From positions 672,001 to 736,000 of the forward strand of contig OZ219816.1 in the NCBI GenBank assembly GCA_964291235.2: a stretch of DNA of 64,000 nucleotides. The letters run 5' to 3'. Shown one piece after another: positions 1 through 9,298 of the stretch. Numbering within the stretch: position 1 is the first letter of the stretch; the number at the start of each line of letters is the position of its first letter. The notes under the pieces were generated by a model. It worked only from the letters and a program-made list of their open reading frames with translations. It made no database searches and was not told the DNA's origin. This DNA is from Vicinamibacteria bacterium (GTDB taxonomy: Bacteria > Acidobacteriota > Vicinamibacteria > Marinacidobacterales > Marinacidobacteraceae). Both the position numbers and the translations under genes were made by a program.

Positions 1-1761
1 CGGATGCTCTCCCGAGCCGAGCGCTACCGCGACCGTATCGGCAAGTTGGAAACGGCAATCGTCGCCCGCCGGGAAGGGCACGACCTCATCGTCAATCTGG
101 GCCCCGTCGAAGGACGCCTTCCCGCGGACGAACAGAGCCGCCACGAGATCTTCAATCCCGAAGACACCATCCGAGTCGCCGTTCATTCCATCGAACCCGA
201 GGATCCTCCTGTCATCCTGTCCCGGATTGCCCCCGAGGTCCTGTCCGGCCTCATCGAACGTGAGACGCCAGAGGTTCGTCGCGGAGTGGTCCGGGTTCGC
301 GCCGTAGCCCGGCATCCCGGGATACGGGCCAAGGTCGCGGTGTCGACTGCCGCCCCCGGGGTGGATCCGGTGGCGGCCTGCCTTGGGCCGGGTGGCTCCC
401 GGATCCGGGCGGTGAGCCGCGAACTCCGTGGCGAGCGGGTGGACCTGGTTCTGTGGAACGCGAAAGTGGAGAAGTTTGCGCGCAACGCGCTGCGTCCGGC
501 CGAGGTCCTCGATGTTCGGAGGGCGGACGAGGATTCGGATGGCGGAGGCTCGAGGAGGCTCCGCGAGCAGGGCGGACTCCTGGTCACGGTTTCCGAAACC
601 GAGTTGCCCCGCGCCGTCGGAAAGCGTGGGCAGAACGTTCGCCTCGCGTCCGAATTGCTCGGGATGCCCATCGAAGTGGCGGCTGAAGGGGATGTTTCGC
701 CGGTGGATACGCGAAGCGCGCGGCGGGATTCGCGGGATACCGGCGCTTTCCGCCGGGACGCGGACCGGCGCCGTCCGGATCGGCGAGACTCGGACCGGCG
801 AGACTCGGACCGGCGGGACTCGGACCGGCGGGACTCGGACCGGCGGGACTCGGACCGGCGGCGTCCGGACCGGCGTGACTCGAACCGGCCGTATTCGGAC
901 CGGCGTGATTCGGATCGGCGTGACTCGGACCGGCGGCGTCCGGACCGGCGTGACTCGAACCGGCCGTATTCGGACCGGCGTGATTCGGATCGGCGTGACT
1001 CGGACCGGCGGCGTCCGGACCGGCGTGACTCGAACCGGCCGTATTCGGACCGGCGTGATTCGGATCGGCGTGACTCGGACCGGCGGCGTCCGGACCGGCG
1101 TGACTCGAACCGGCCGTATTCGGACCGGCGTGATTCGGATCGGCGTGACTCGGACCGGCGGCGTCCGGACCGGCGTGACTCGAACCGGCCGTATTCGGAC
1201 CGGCGTGATTCGGATCGGCGTGACTCGGACCGGCGGCGTCCGGATCGGCGTGACTCGAACCGGCCGTATTCGGACCGGCGTGATTCGGATCGGCGTGACT
1301 CGGACCGGCGGTATTCGGACCGGCGTGACTCGGATCGGCGTGACTCGGACCGGCGTGACTCGGACCGGCGGTATTCGGACCGGCGTGACTCGGACCGGCG
1401 TGACTCGGACCGGCGGCGTCCGGACCAGCGGGACTCGAACCGGCGTGATTCCGACCGGCGTCATTCGGACCGGCGGTATTCGGATCGTCGAGATTCGGAT
1501 CGACGTGATTCGGGCCGGCGGTATTCAGATCGGCGTGATTCGGACCGGCGGCGTCCAGACCGGCGTGATTCCGACCGGCGGCAGGGCGACCCCGGCCGCC
1601 AACCGTCCCGGAACCGGCCGCCACGCCCCGAACGGCCGCTGCGCCCCGAACAGTCCGACCGGCCGCCGCGCCCTGAAACGTCCGACCGGCCGTTGCCCCC
1701 TGAACACCCCGACCGGCCGATGCCGGCCGGAGAATCCGCGCCGGAGGCGCGGGAGCAGTAG
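1..1761 (+). CDS. nusA: Transcription termination/antitermination factor NusA (5'-truncated by the window edge) with a long Arg/Asp/Ser repeat C-terminal tail
   Basis: S1 and KH motifs (LIVNLGPVEGRLPADEQ, ARHPGIRAKVAV, DPVAACLGPGGSRIRAVSRELRGERVD, AVGKRGQNVRLASELLG). It lies directly upstream of infB, and the frame is open from base 1. Confidence 0.9.
   Translation, partial: RMLSRAERYRDRIGKLETAIVARREGHDLIVNLGPVEGRLPADEQSRHEIFNPEDTIRVAVHSIEPEDPPVILSRIAPEVLSGLIERETPEVRRGVVRVRAVARHPGIRAKVAVSTAAPGVDPVAACLGPGGSRIRAVSRELRGERVDLVLWNAKVEKFARNALRPAEVLDVRRADEDSDGGGSRRLREQGGLLVTVSETELPRAVGKRGQNVRLASELLGMPIEVAAEGDVSPVDTRSARRDSRDTGAFRRDADRRRPDRRDSDRRDSDRRDSDRRDSDRRDSDRRRPDRRDSNRPYSDRRDSDRRDSDRRRPDRRDSNRPYSDRRDSDRRDSDRRRPDRRDSNRPYSDRRDSDRRDSDRRRPDRRDSNRPYSDRRDSDRRDSDRRRPDRRDSNRPYSDRRDSDRRDSDRRRPDRRDSNRPYSDRRDSDRRDSDRRYSDRRDSDRRDSDRRDSDRRYSDRRDSDRRDSDRRRPDQRDSNRRDSDRRHSDRRYSDRRDSDRRDSGRRYSDRRDSDRRRPDRRDSDRRQGDPGRQPSRNRPPRPERPLRPEQSDRPPRPETSDRPLPPEHPDRPMPAGESAPEAREQ
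751..1575 (+). repeat. Coding tandem repeat: 55 x 15 bp (consensus CGGCGTGACTCGGAC = RRDSD), containing a 6 x 75 bp higher-order repeat at 856-1305
   Basis: Read directly. The 75-bp unit RRRPD-RRDSN-RPYSD-RRDSD-RRDSD starts at 856, 931, 1006, 1081, 1156 and 1231. Confidence 0.95.
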
Positions 1762-1767
1762 TCCTCC

Positions 1768-4515
1768 ATGCCGTCCACCGTGAGAGTCAGCGACCTCGCC
1801 AAAGAGGTCGGAATGGAGCCGGGTGAGCTCCTCCGGGTTCTGCAGACCGATTTCAGTCTTCGGGTACGCACCGTCTCCTCATCCATTGGGGATAGCGATG
1901 CGCGGAAGGTAAGGAACCGGCTACGCCTGCAGCAGCGGCGGGCCTCCCGTCCGGACCGCCGCTTGCAGGCTGAGGCGAACATTCGGCGCGCCGCCGAGCA
2001 GCGCCGCCTGCGCGAGGCCGCGGAGGTGAAGGCCCGTGGCGAGGCCGAGCTCAGGGCAAAGGAAAAAGCGGAGCAAAAGGCTCAGGAAGAAGCCGAAGCG
2101 AAGGCGCGGGCCGAAGAAGAGGAGGCCAAGCGGCAGGCGGAGGAGCAGGCGGCGAACGCCAGGCGCGCAGAAGAAGAACGCCAGGCAGCCGAGGCTGCCG
2201 CCAAGCGCGCCGCGGCCGACCAAAAGGCCGCCGCCGCCCGAAAAAGCGAGGACGACGCCAAAGAGAAGGCCGGCGCCAAAGAAGGAAAGGCCGTCCCGGG
2301 AACAACCGACAGCACGCTGGACGGGGAGAGCGGCGTCCGTGCCGGAACTCCGAGTGGCGAGGCGCCCGCCAGGCCTCAACGGATGGCTGCGGCGTCCGAG
2401 CCGGCTGCCGCACCGGCGCCGGCCAAACCGCCGCCGTCGCGGCGTATCGAGACCCGGAGCATCGCACCTGCGGCGGGGGGCAGCCAGTTCCGGCCCGGAG
2501 CCACCGACCGCAAGATCGTTCCCACGGTAACCCGGCCGGCCCGTCGCGCCACTCCGCCGCGGATTCGGGCGACCCCGCCGCCCATGCGGAGGTCGCCGTC
2601 GGCACCGCCCAAGCAGCAGCGTCCCGCTCCCGGTCGCCGCTCGAAGGGCAGGCGGCGCCAGGCGCCGGCCGAAACGCCGGAAGTCCTCGATGGATTCGAC
2701 AGCCCGCTGCCGCCCGGGTTGCGGCAGGCGGTCACCCGCGAGTATCGAACCACGGCTGCGGTGGCGCTGACCGATGCCATCACGGTCAAGGGACTCGCCG
2801 AGGCCCTGAAGATCCCGACGGTCGAGGTGATCAAAGCACTGCTGCTCCAACACGGAGTCGCCGCGTCGATCAACCAGCCGCTCGATGTCGAAACCGCTTC
2901 GAAGCTGGTCCTGCGCTACGGGGGATCCATCGCGGATGCCGCGGCGGCGAAGGCCGAACCGGACGCTGCCGAATCGCCGCCGCCTGACCAGAACAAGGAA
3001 GATCTGGTCGAGCGCGCCCCGGTGGTCACGGTGATGGGACATGTGGACCACGGCAAGACGAGTCTGCTCGACGCGATCCGTAGCTCCCGGGTGGTGGATA
3101 CCGAGGCGGGAGGCATCACGCAGCACATGAGTGCCTACACGGTCGAAACGAACGGCCGCCGGCTCGTCTTCCTGGACACTCCGGGCCACGAGGCGTTCAC
3201 CAAGATGCGCGCCCGTGGCGCCGGCGCGACGGATGTGGTGATCCTGGTGGTGGCCGCGGATGACGGCGTCAAGGAACAGACGATCGAAGCGCTCAATCAC
3301 GCTCGCTCCGCGGGAGTTCCCATCCTGGTCGCGGTCAACAAGATGGACAAGCCCGCTGCGGATCCCGACCTCGTGATGCGGCAACTCGCGGAGCGAAACC
3401 TCACGCCGGAAGAATGGGGCGGCGACGTGATCTTCGCTCGCGTCTCGGCCAAGACCCAGGACGGGCTGCCCGATCTGCTGCAATCCGTGCTGGACGTAGC
3501 CGAGCTGGAAGAGCCAACCGCGAATCCGCAGGGACCGGCACTGGGCGTCGTCCTCGAGGCCCGCAAGGACAAGGGCCGGGGTCCGGTCGCTCAATTCCTG
3601 GTTCAGGAGGGCACGCTCTCGGTCGGCGACACGGTAAGCGCCGGAGCGGCCTGGGGGAAGGTCCGGGCGCTACTCGACGAATCCGGACGCCGCATGAAGA
3701 AAGCGCCGCCTTCCACTCCCTGCGAGGTACTCGGCCTGACTGAGGTTCCGGTGGTGGGCGATCGCTTCTCGGCAAGCCAGACTCCGGCGGAGGCGCGCCG
3801 CGCGGCCGAAGCCAAGAAGGAAGAGACACGGCTGCTGTTGATCGAGGGACGCCAACGGTTGAACCTGCAGAACCTCCACGCCCAGATGAGTGGCGGGCTG
3901 AAGGAACTCTCGATCGTGGTGAAGGCGGATGTCGGCGGGACCGTGGAAGCTGTCCGGGACTCGCTGGAACGGCTCTCGAACGACGAGGTGAAGGTCCGCG
4001 TGATCCACGCCGCCGCCGGGGCGGTTTCGGAGAGCGACGTCAACCTCGCATCGGCTACCGATTCCATCATCGTCGCTTTTGGAGTGCGCCCGGATCCCCA
4101 GGCACAGCGCCTGGCAGAGCAGGAGAAGGTAGAGATTCGGGGCCACACGGTCATCTATCACCTCGTCGAGGAGATGGAGAAGGCGCTGAGCGGCCTCCTG
4201 GAACCGGAAACCGAGGTTGTGGAACTCGGGAAGATCGAGGTTCGCCGCACGTTCCAGGTACCGCGAGTGGGGGTGGTCGCCGGCTCTTACGTGCTTGCCG
4301 GCGCGGTCCCCAGGAACTCCCGCGTGCGGCTGGTGCGTGACGGCCGGCTGGTGTACACCGGCCGCATCGGTAGCCTGCGCCGGTTCAAGGAAGACGTGGC
4401 GCAGGTCCGCGAGGGCTTCGAATGCGGTGTCGGGATTGCCGGCTACAACGATGTGAAGATCGGCGACATCATCGAGGCGTTCCGCGAGCAACAAGTCAGT
4501 GCGGTCGCCGACTAA
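1768..4515 (+). CDS. infB: Translation initiation factor IF-2
   Basis: [26 protein letters not shown] and NKMD G-domain motifs; C-terminal LRRFKEDV...GFECG. Confidence 0.98.
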   Translation: MPSTVRVSDLAKEVGMEPGELLRVLQTDFSLRVRTVSSSIGDSDARKVRNRLRLQQRRASRPDRRLQAEANIRRAAEQRRLREAAEVKARGEAELRAKEKAEQKAQEEAEAKARAEEEEAKRQAEEQAANARRAEEERQAAEAAAKRAAADQKAAAARKSEDDAKEKAGAKEGKAVPGTTDSTLDGESGVRAGTPSGEAPARPQRMAAASEPAAAPAPAKPPPSRRIETRSIAPAAGGSQFRPGATDRKIVPTVTRPARRATPPRIRATPPPMRRSPSAPPKQQRPAPGRRSKGRRRQAPAETPEVLDGFDSPLPPGLRQAVTREYRTTAAVALTDAITVKGLAEALKIPTVEVIKALLLQHGVAASINQPLDVETASKLVLRYGGSIADAAAAKAEPDAAESPPPDQNKEDLVERAPVVTVMGHVDHGKTSLLDAIRSSRVVDTEAGGITQHMSAYTVETNGRRLVFLDTPGHEAFTKMRARGAGATDVVILVVAADDGVKEQTIEALNHARSAGVPILVAVNKMDKPAADPDLVMRQLAERNLTPEEWGGDVIFARVSAKTQDGLPDLLQSVLDVAELEEPTANPQGPALGVVLEARKDKGRGPVAQFLVQEGTLSVGDTVSAGAAWGKVRALLDESGRRMKKAPPSTPCEVLGLTEVPVVGDRFSASQTPAEARRAAEAKKEETRLLLIEGRQRLNLQNLHAQMSGGLKELSIVVKADVGGTVEAVRDSLERLSNDEVKVRVIHAAAGAVSESDVNLASATDSIIVAFGVRPDPQAQRLAEQEKVEIRGHTVIYHLVEEMEKALSGLLEPETEVVELGKIEVRRTFQVPRVGVVAGSYVLAGAVPRNSRVRLVRDGRLVYTGRIGSLRRFKEDVAQVREGFECGVGIAGYNDVKIGDIIEAFREQQVSAVAD

Positions 4516-4566
4516 CTACCCCAGGTCGCCGACTAGACACCCCGGTCCTTTCCGCGGATTCGTGCA

Positions 4567-4872
4567 GTGGCTGGTCCCAGGACCCGGGTGGGACTGCTCC
4601 GCCTGACCCTGCGGTTGCCGTACGCCCGTTCCCGGAAGGATCGGCGCAGCGTCGTGCGATCGCTCTCGGATCGGCTGCGCGCCCGCTGCCTGGTCGCGGT
4701 GGCCGAAACCGGAGATCCGGAAACACTCCGGGAGGCCGAGGTTTCGGTCGTCGCCGTGGGTCTCGGAGAGGAAGTGGTGCGCGCCCGGTTGGAAACCGCG
4801 CGGAATATTGCGGTCCGGGCTTACCCTTCGGAAGTGGCGGACGCCGCTATCGAGTGGCTGGCCGTGGACTAA
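4567..4872 (+). CDS. DUF503 (YlxP-like) protein
   Basis: VGLLRLTLRLPYARSRKDRRSVVRSL...VAVAETG pattern; typical position between infB and rbfA. Confidence 0.8.
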   Translation: MAGPRTRVGLLRLTLRLPYARSRKDRRSVVRSLSDRLRARCLVAVAETGDPETLREAEVSVVAVGLGEEVVRARLETARNIAVRAYPSEVADAAIEWLAVD

Positions 4873-4953
4873 CAGCCTGTGCTGAGACTCGAGTGCGATC
4901 CATTCGCGGCGCGCAGCGCCGCCGGGGAGCGGCTGACCTTCCCACGGGATAGC
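4870..4953. repeat. Decayed copy of MITE family A (left TIR TAACAGCCTGTG on the DUF503 stop codon)
   Basis: 12-bp match to the family A end. The right end is only weakly similar (TTCCCACGGGATAGC). Confidence 0.35.
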
Positions 4954-4958
4954 AAACA

Positions 4959-5384
4959 ATGAGAACCGGAGGCAGACGCGAGCGGGTGGCGGAGGCGATC
5001 CGGCGCGAGGTGGCCGGAATTCTGCGCTTCGAACTCTCGGACCCGCGGGTCGGGCGAGCGACCGTGACCCGGGTCGTCATGACGGGAGACCTTGCGGTTG
5101 CGCGAGTGTATGTATCGGTTTACGGCAGTGACACCGACCGGGAGGAGACCCTGGCAGTCCTCGGCCGGGCGAAGGGCCGGGTGCGAACCCTGCTGGGCTC
5201 CCGCATCCGGCTGCGTGCGACTCCGGAGATCCGCTTCGTCTTTGATCCGTCCGTCGAGTTCTCGATCCGGCTGGAAAAGCTCCTTGACGAAGACCGCGCC
5301 AACCGCCCGCCGGAGTCCGGGAGCGGGTCCGGGGATGAGACGGAGGATCGGCCGCCCGCCCGACGGGACGAGGAGGAGCACTGA
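4959..5384 (+). CDS. rbfA: 30S ribosome-binding factor RbfA
   Basis: RRERVAEAIRREVA...DPRV...VTRVVMTGDLAVARVYVS...IRLRATPEIRFVFD. Confidence 0.95.
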   Translation: MRTGGRRERVAEAIRREVAGILRFELSDPRVGRATVTRVVMTGDLAVARVYVSVYGSDTDREETLAVLGRAKGRVRTLLGSRIRLRATPEIRFVFDPSVEFSIRLEKLLDEDRANRPPESGSGSGDETEDRPPARRDEEEH

Positions 5385-6337
5385 TTTCGGGATTGCTCCT
5401 GGTGGACAAGCACGAGGGGCTCACTTCCTTCGCGGTCGTTCGCCGCGTGCGGGCACGCCTCGGCGGCATCCGGGTCGGGCATGCCGGCTCTCTCGACCCC
5501 TTCGCCACCGGGTTGCTCCCCGTTTGCGTCGGTCGGGCCACCCGGCTCGTCCGCTTCGTCGCCGCGGGCGCCAAGCGGTATCGCGCGCGGGTGTGCTTCG
5601 GACAGGCCACCGATACCGACGATCTGACCGGTCAGCCGGTAGGTGTTCCCACCCAGTGCCCGGACACCTCCGCAATCGAGCGGGTACTTCCGGACTTCCT
5701 CGGCGTCATTGAGCAGCGTCCTCCCCGCTATTCGGCGAAACAGGTTGGCGGACGCCGCGCGTACCGGCTGGCGCGAGCGGGCCGGTCGGTGGAACTGGCG
5801 CCGACCCGGGTTCGGGTGGACGAACTGCGGCTGGTCCGCTACGACGGGAAAGTGGCGGAGATTGCCTGCGAGGTTGGACCCGGCACCTACATTCGCGCTC
5901 TGGCCCGGGACCTCGGCGAGCGCCTCGGCAGCGCGGCGCACCTCGTCGGCTTGCGACGCACCGGGGTAGGGCCCTTCGAGGTGACGGACGCCGCGGGGCT
6001 GGACGAGCTGTCGAGCCGGGCGGAAATCCTTTCGCGACTTCTCGATCCGCTTGCCGCCCTGCAGGGAATGCCCCGGCTGCTCGTGTCCGGAGAGGAGCGG
6101 ATGCGCCTGGCCCACGGCCGGGTGCTCCCGTACCGGCCGGACGATCCGGACCCTCGGGGAGGAGAATCCCCGGCGAGCGAAGACGAGGTCCGTTGCGCGC
6201 TGACGCCGTCGGGGATGCCGGGGGGAGAAAGATCGGCGGAGGGCAGCGGCCCGGCTCTGGTTGCCGTCGTTTCCGCCACTGCCGAAGGTTGGCGCCCGAT
6301 CGTGGTCTGGCAGGGGTCTGCCGAGGCCGCCGAATGA
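5381..6337 (+). CDS. truB: tRNA pseudouridine(55) synthase TruB (probable CTG start at 5381; first TTG is at 5393)
   Basis: ISGLLLVDKHEGLTS, VGHAGSLDPFATG, PPRYSAKQVGG and GTYIRALARDLG motifs. Confidence 0.95.
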   Translation: MISGLLLVDKHEGLTSFAVVRRVRARLGGIRVGHAGSLDPFATGLLPVCVGRATRLVRFVAAGAKRYRARVCFGQATDTDDLTGQPVGVPTQCPDTSAIERVLPDFLGVIEQRPPRYSAKQVGGRRAYRLARAGRSVELAPTRVRVDELRLVRYDGKVAEIACEVGPGTYIRALARDLGERLGSAAHLVGLRRTGVGPFEVTDAAGLDELSSRAEILSRLLDPLAALQGMPRLLVSGEERMRLAHGRVLPYRPDDPDPRGGESPASEDEVRCALTPSGMPGGERSAEGSGPALVAVVSATAEGWRPIVVWQGSAEAAE

Positions 6338-6597
6338 GGATTGCGGTGTCGGCGCCATCAGGAGGGCCGGCGCCGCGCGGGGAGGCGAAACACCGGCCTG
6401 ACCGCTCGCTTCGACGCCTGTGGTAATGTCCGCCGCGAACGACCAGCCGGACCGGGAATTGTGATCGCGAAGACCGTGTGTCTCGGCCGTCGGGCAACGA
6501 ACCCGCCAGACGGAAACATTCATCAGGCGGCAACATAAGGAATTGCAGACCGCCGGATCGACCGGCGTCAACAGGGACCACGGCAGGGAAAACGGCA

Positions 6598-6867
6598 TTG
6601 GCACTCACACAGACGGCACGGCGCACGATTGTCGAGCAGTACCAGCTGCACGAGACGGACGCGGGTTCACCTGAGGTTCAGGTGGCGCTTTTGACCGCGC
6701 GAATTACCGGGCTGGCCGACCATTTCAACGGACATCGGAAGGACCACGCCTCACGCCGGGGATTGCTCCGCATGGTGAGCCGCCGACGGCGGCTGCTGGA
6801 CTATCTGCGGCGGGAAGACGTTGAGCGTTATCGGCGCCTGATTGCTTCCCTCGGCCTCCGGAAGTAA
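6598..6867 (+). CDS. rpsO: 30S ribosomal protein S15
   Basis: TTG start gives 89 aa; [16 protein letters not shown]...[23 protein letters not shown]. Confidence 0.97.
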   Translation: MALTQTARRTIVEQYQLHETDAGSPEVQVALLTARITGLADHFNGHRKDHASRRGLLRMVSRRRRLLDYLRREDVERYRRLIASLGLRK

Positions 6868-6968
6868 TCGCGCGGGCTCCGCCCCCGCTGGCGCGGGGTC
6901 GCCGGGCTCCACAAAACGAACGCCGCACGTCCAAGCAGGATTCCGGCAACAGAGAAGGAAGAACAAAG

Positions 6969-9143
6969 TTGATTGAAACGGTACAAACGCAGATCGGCAA
7001 GAACGATCTGATCATCGAAACCGGCCGTCTGGCCCGGCAGGCCGCGGGCGCGGTGACTGTCCGCCTGGGCGACACGGTGGTATTGGCCGCGGTCACGGCA
7101 TCGCGTGGCGACCGGCCGGACGTGGATTTCCTCCCGCTGGCGGTGGACTACCGCGAGAGCTTCTATGCCGCGGGTCGGATTCCGGGTGGCTTCTTCAAGC
7201 GAGAAGGCCGGCCGAACGAAAAAGAGATCCTGACCTGCCGGCTCATTGATCGTCCGCTGCGACCCCTGTTCCCGAGCAGTTGGCGTCGCGAAACGCAGGT
7301 CACCTGTCTGTTGATTTCGACCGACCGGGAAAACGATTCCGATGTCCTGGCGATCACGGGCGCGGCGGCGGCGCTTGGAATCTCCGACCTTCCCTTCGAC
7401 ACCTCCATCGGCGCGGTGCGAGTGGGCCTGGTGAACGACGAGTTCGTTCTCTGTCCGACGTTCACCGATCTGGACAGTTCCTCGCTCAATCTCGTGGTGG
7501 CCGGCACCGATGACGCCATCGTGATGGTGGAGGCGGGAGCCGAAGACGTGCCCGAGAGCAGGATGGTGGACGCCCTGCGCTTCGCGCACGAAGGGATTCG
7601 CCGCATCGTCGGCATTCAGCAGGAACTCGTAAGCCGGCTGCAGCCCACCAAGCAGGTGGTGGTTGCGAACGAGCCGGACCCCGCCCTCGCGACCGAGATA
7701 ACGGATGGGTTCCGCGACCGGCTGAAGGCTGCGATGCAAACGCAGGGCAAGATTGCGGCTTCCCGGGCCGCTCACGAGGTCAAGGCCGCCATCGCCGCCA
7801 GTCTCGAAGACCGAAGCGATGAAGAGCGTTCCGCCGCCTCGGGAGTGGTGAAGGCAATGGAGGAGGACATCCTGCGCTGCACCATCCTCGAGGAGGGCAA
7901 GCGCCTGGATGGCCGCGCCTTCGACGAGATTCGGGACCTGAGTTGCGACGTTGGGGTCCTTCCCCGGACGCACGGCTCCGCCGTCTTTACCCGCGGCGAA
8001 ACCCAGGCGCTGGTGGTCACCACCCTGGCGCCCCTGAGCGAGAGTCAGCGGCTGGACTGGGTCCACGGTTCGGGGGAAAAGCGCTTCCTCCTCCACTACA
8101 ACTTCCCCGCGTTCTCCGTGGGAGAAGCGCGCATGATGCGCGGCCCGGGCCGGCGCGAAATTGGTCATGGGGCACTCGCGGAACGAGCCCTGTTGCCGGC
8201 AATCCCGAGTGAGGAACAGTTCAACTACGCCATTCGAGTGGTGTCCGACACCCTCGAGTCGAACGGATCGAGTTCCATGGCGGCGGTGACGGGGGGGTGC
8301 CTGTCACTGATGGATGCCGGCGTGCCGCTCAAGGCTCCTATTGCCGGCATTGCGATGGGCCTCATCACCCGTGGAGACGAGTATCGGGTCCTGACCGATA
8401 TCGCCGGTGCGGAAGACCACTACGGGGACATGGACTTCAAGGTGGCTGGCACCGCCAACGGGATCACCGCGCTGCAGATGGACATCAAGATCTCCGGGCT
8501 GCGGCTCGACATCGTCAGTGACGCGCTGGAGCAGGCGCGCCGGGCGCGAATCGAGATCCTGAAGGTCATGGCAGCCGAGATTCCCGCTCCCCGGAGCGAA
8601 ACCTCGCCGTACGCACCCGCGATCCTCACCATGAAGATCCCGGTGCGAAAGATCCGCGAGGTCATTGGACCCGGCGGCAAGACGATTCGGGCGATCACCG
8701 ACGAAAGCGGAGCGCGGGTGGATGTGTCCGACGACGGAACCATCCACATCGCCGGGGTTGACGGCCAGTCCACGCAGCGGGCCAAGGAGAAGATCGAGGC
8801 CATCGCGGTGAGCCAGCTCCCTGAAGTCGGCCGCGACTATCACGGCGTCGTGAAGACGATCGTGGACTTCGGCGCCTTCGTCGAGATCCTCCCGGGGACG
8901 GACGGACTGCTGCACATTTCGGAGATTGCCGATCGCCACGTGAACAGCGTCCGGGACGAACTGCAGGAAGGCGATGAGGTCGAGGTTCGGGTCATCGAAG
9001 TGGACGGAAACGGCCGCACCCGCCTGTCCTGCAAGGACATCATCCGGGAGCGGGCCGGTCTGCCGCCGCTTCCTCCCCGTCCACCGCGCCGGCGCGGCGG
9101 CGGTGGAGGCCGGGACCGGGACCGCGGAGATCGCCGCCGGTAA
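6969..9143 (+). CDS. pnp: Polyribonucleotide nucleotidyltransferase (PNPase)
   Basis: IETGRLARQA, IPGGFFKREG, RTHGSAVFTRGETQ, ESNGSSSMA, DMDFKVAGT, plus KH and S1 domains. Confidence 0.98.
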   Translation: MIETVQTQIGKNDLIIETGRLARQAAGAVTVRLGDTVVLAAVTASRGDRPDVDFLPLAVDYRESFYAAGRIPGGFFKREGRPNEKEILTCRLIDRPLRPLFPSSWRRETQVTCLLISTDRENDSDVLAITGAAAALGISDLPFDTSIGAVRVGLVNDEFVLCPTFTDLDSSSLNLVVAGTDDAIVMVEAGAEDVPESRMVDALRFAHEGIRRIVGIQQELVSRLQPTKQVVVANEPDPALATEITDGFRDRLKAAMQTQGKIAASRAAHEVKAAIAASLEDRSDEERSAASGVVKAMEEDILRCTILEEGKRLDGRAFDEIRDLSCDVGVLPRTHGSAVFTRGETQALVVTTLAPLSESQRLDWVHGSGEKRFLLHYNFPAFSVGEARMMRGPGRREIGHGALAERALLPAIPSEEQFNYAIRVVSDTLESNGSSSMAAVTGGCLSLMDAGVPLKAPIAGIAMGLITRGDEYRVLTDIAGAEDHYGDMDFKVAGTANGITALQMDIKISGLRLDIVSDALEQARRARIEILKVMAAEIPAPRSETSPYAPAILTMKIPVRKIREVIGPGGKTIRAITDESGARVDVSDDGTIHIAGVDGQSTQRAKEKIEAIAVSQLPEVGRDYHGVVKTIVDFGAFVEILPGTDGLLHISEIADRHVNSVRDELQEGDEVEVRVIEVDGNGRTRLSCKDIIRERAGLPPLPPRPPRRRGGGGGRDRDRGDRRR

Positions 9144-9286
9144 CATCGAGCGGACAAGCTCTCCGCGCTTGAGCAGGCGCCGGCTTCCCGGTCGGCGCCG
9201 CTCCCCGGATCGGAGCGAAATCGGAGCGAAACCGGGGAGCGAGAGTCCGAAGCAGTTTTCCATCGCGTTTCTGCCCTCTCCCTCCG

Positions 9287-9292
9287 TAGAAT
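9287..9292 (+). promoter_or_regulatory. Putative -10 box (TAGAAT) 6 nt before the purC ATG, leaderless-type
   Basis: TAGAAT-TCGGGG-ATG. Confidence 0.45.
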
Positions 9293-9298
9293 TCGGGG

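Noticed and set aside
751-1575. Possible CRISPR array
   Set aside because: Contiguous 15/75-bp units with no unique spacers, in frame within nusA, and no cas genes.
428-1783. Alternative-frame ORFs over the repeat (RTGVT repeats on +, PNHAG/PSHAG repeats on -)
   Set aside because: They are shadows of the stop-free 15-bp repeat; only the NusA frame has recognisable domains.
9144-9245. Hairpins and TCGGAGCGAAA x2 after pnp as an ncRNA or terminator
   Set aside because: GC-rich stems without an adjacent U-tract and no second copy in the window; cannot be supported.
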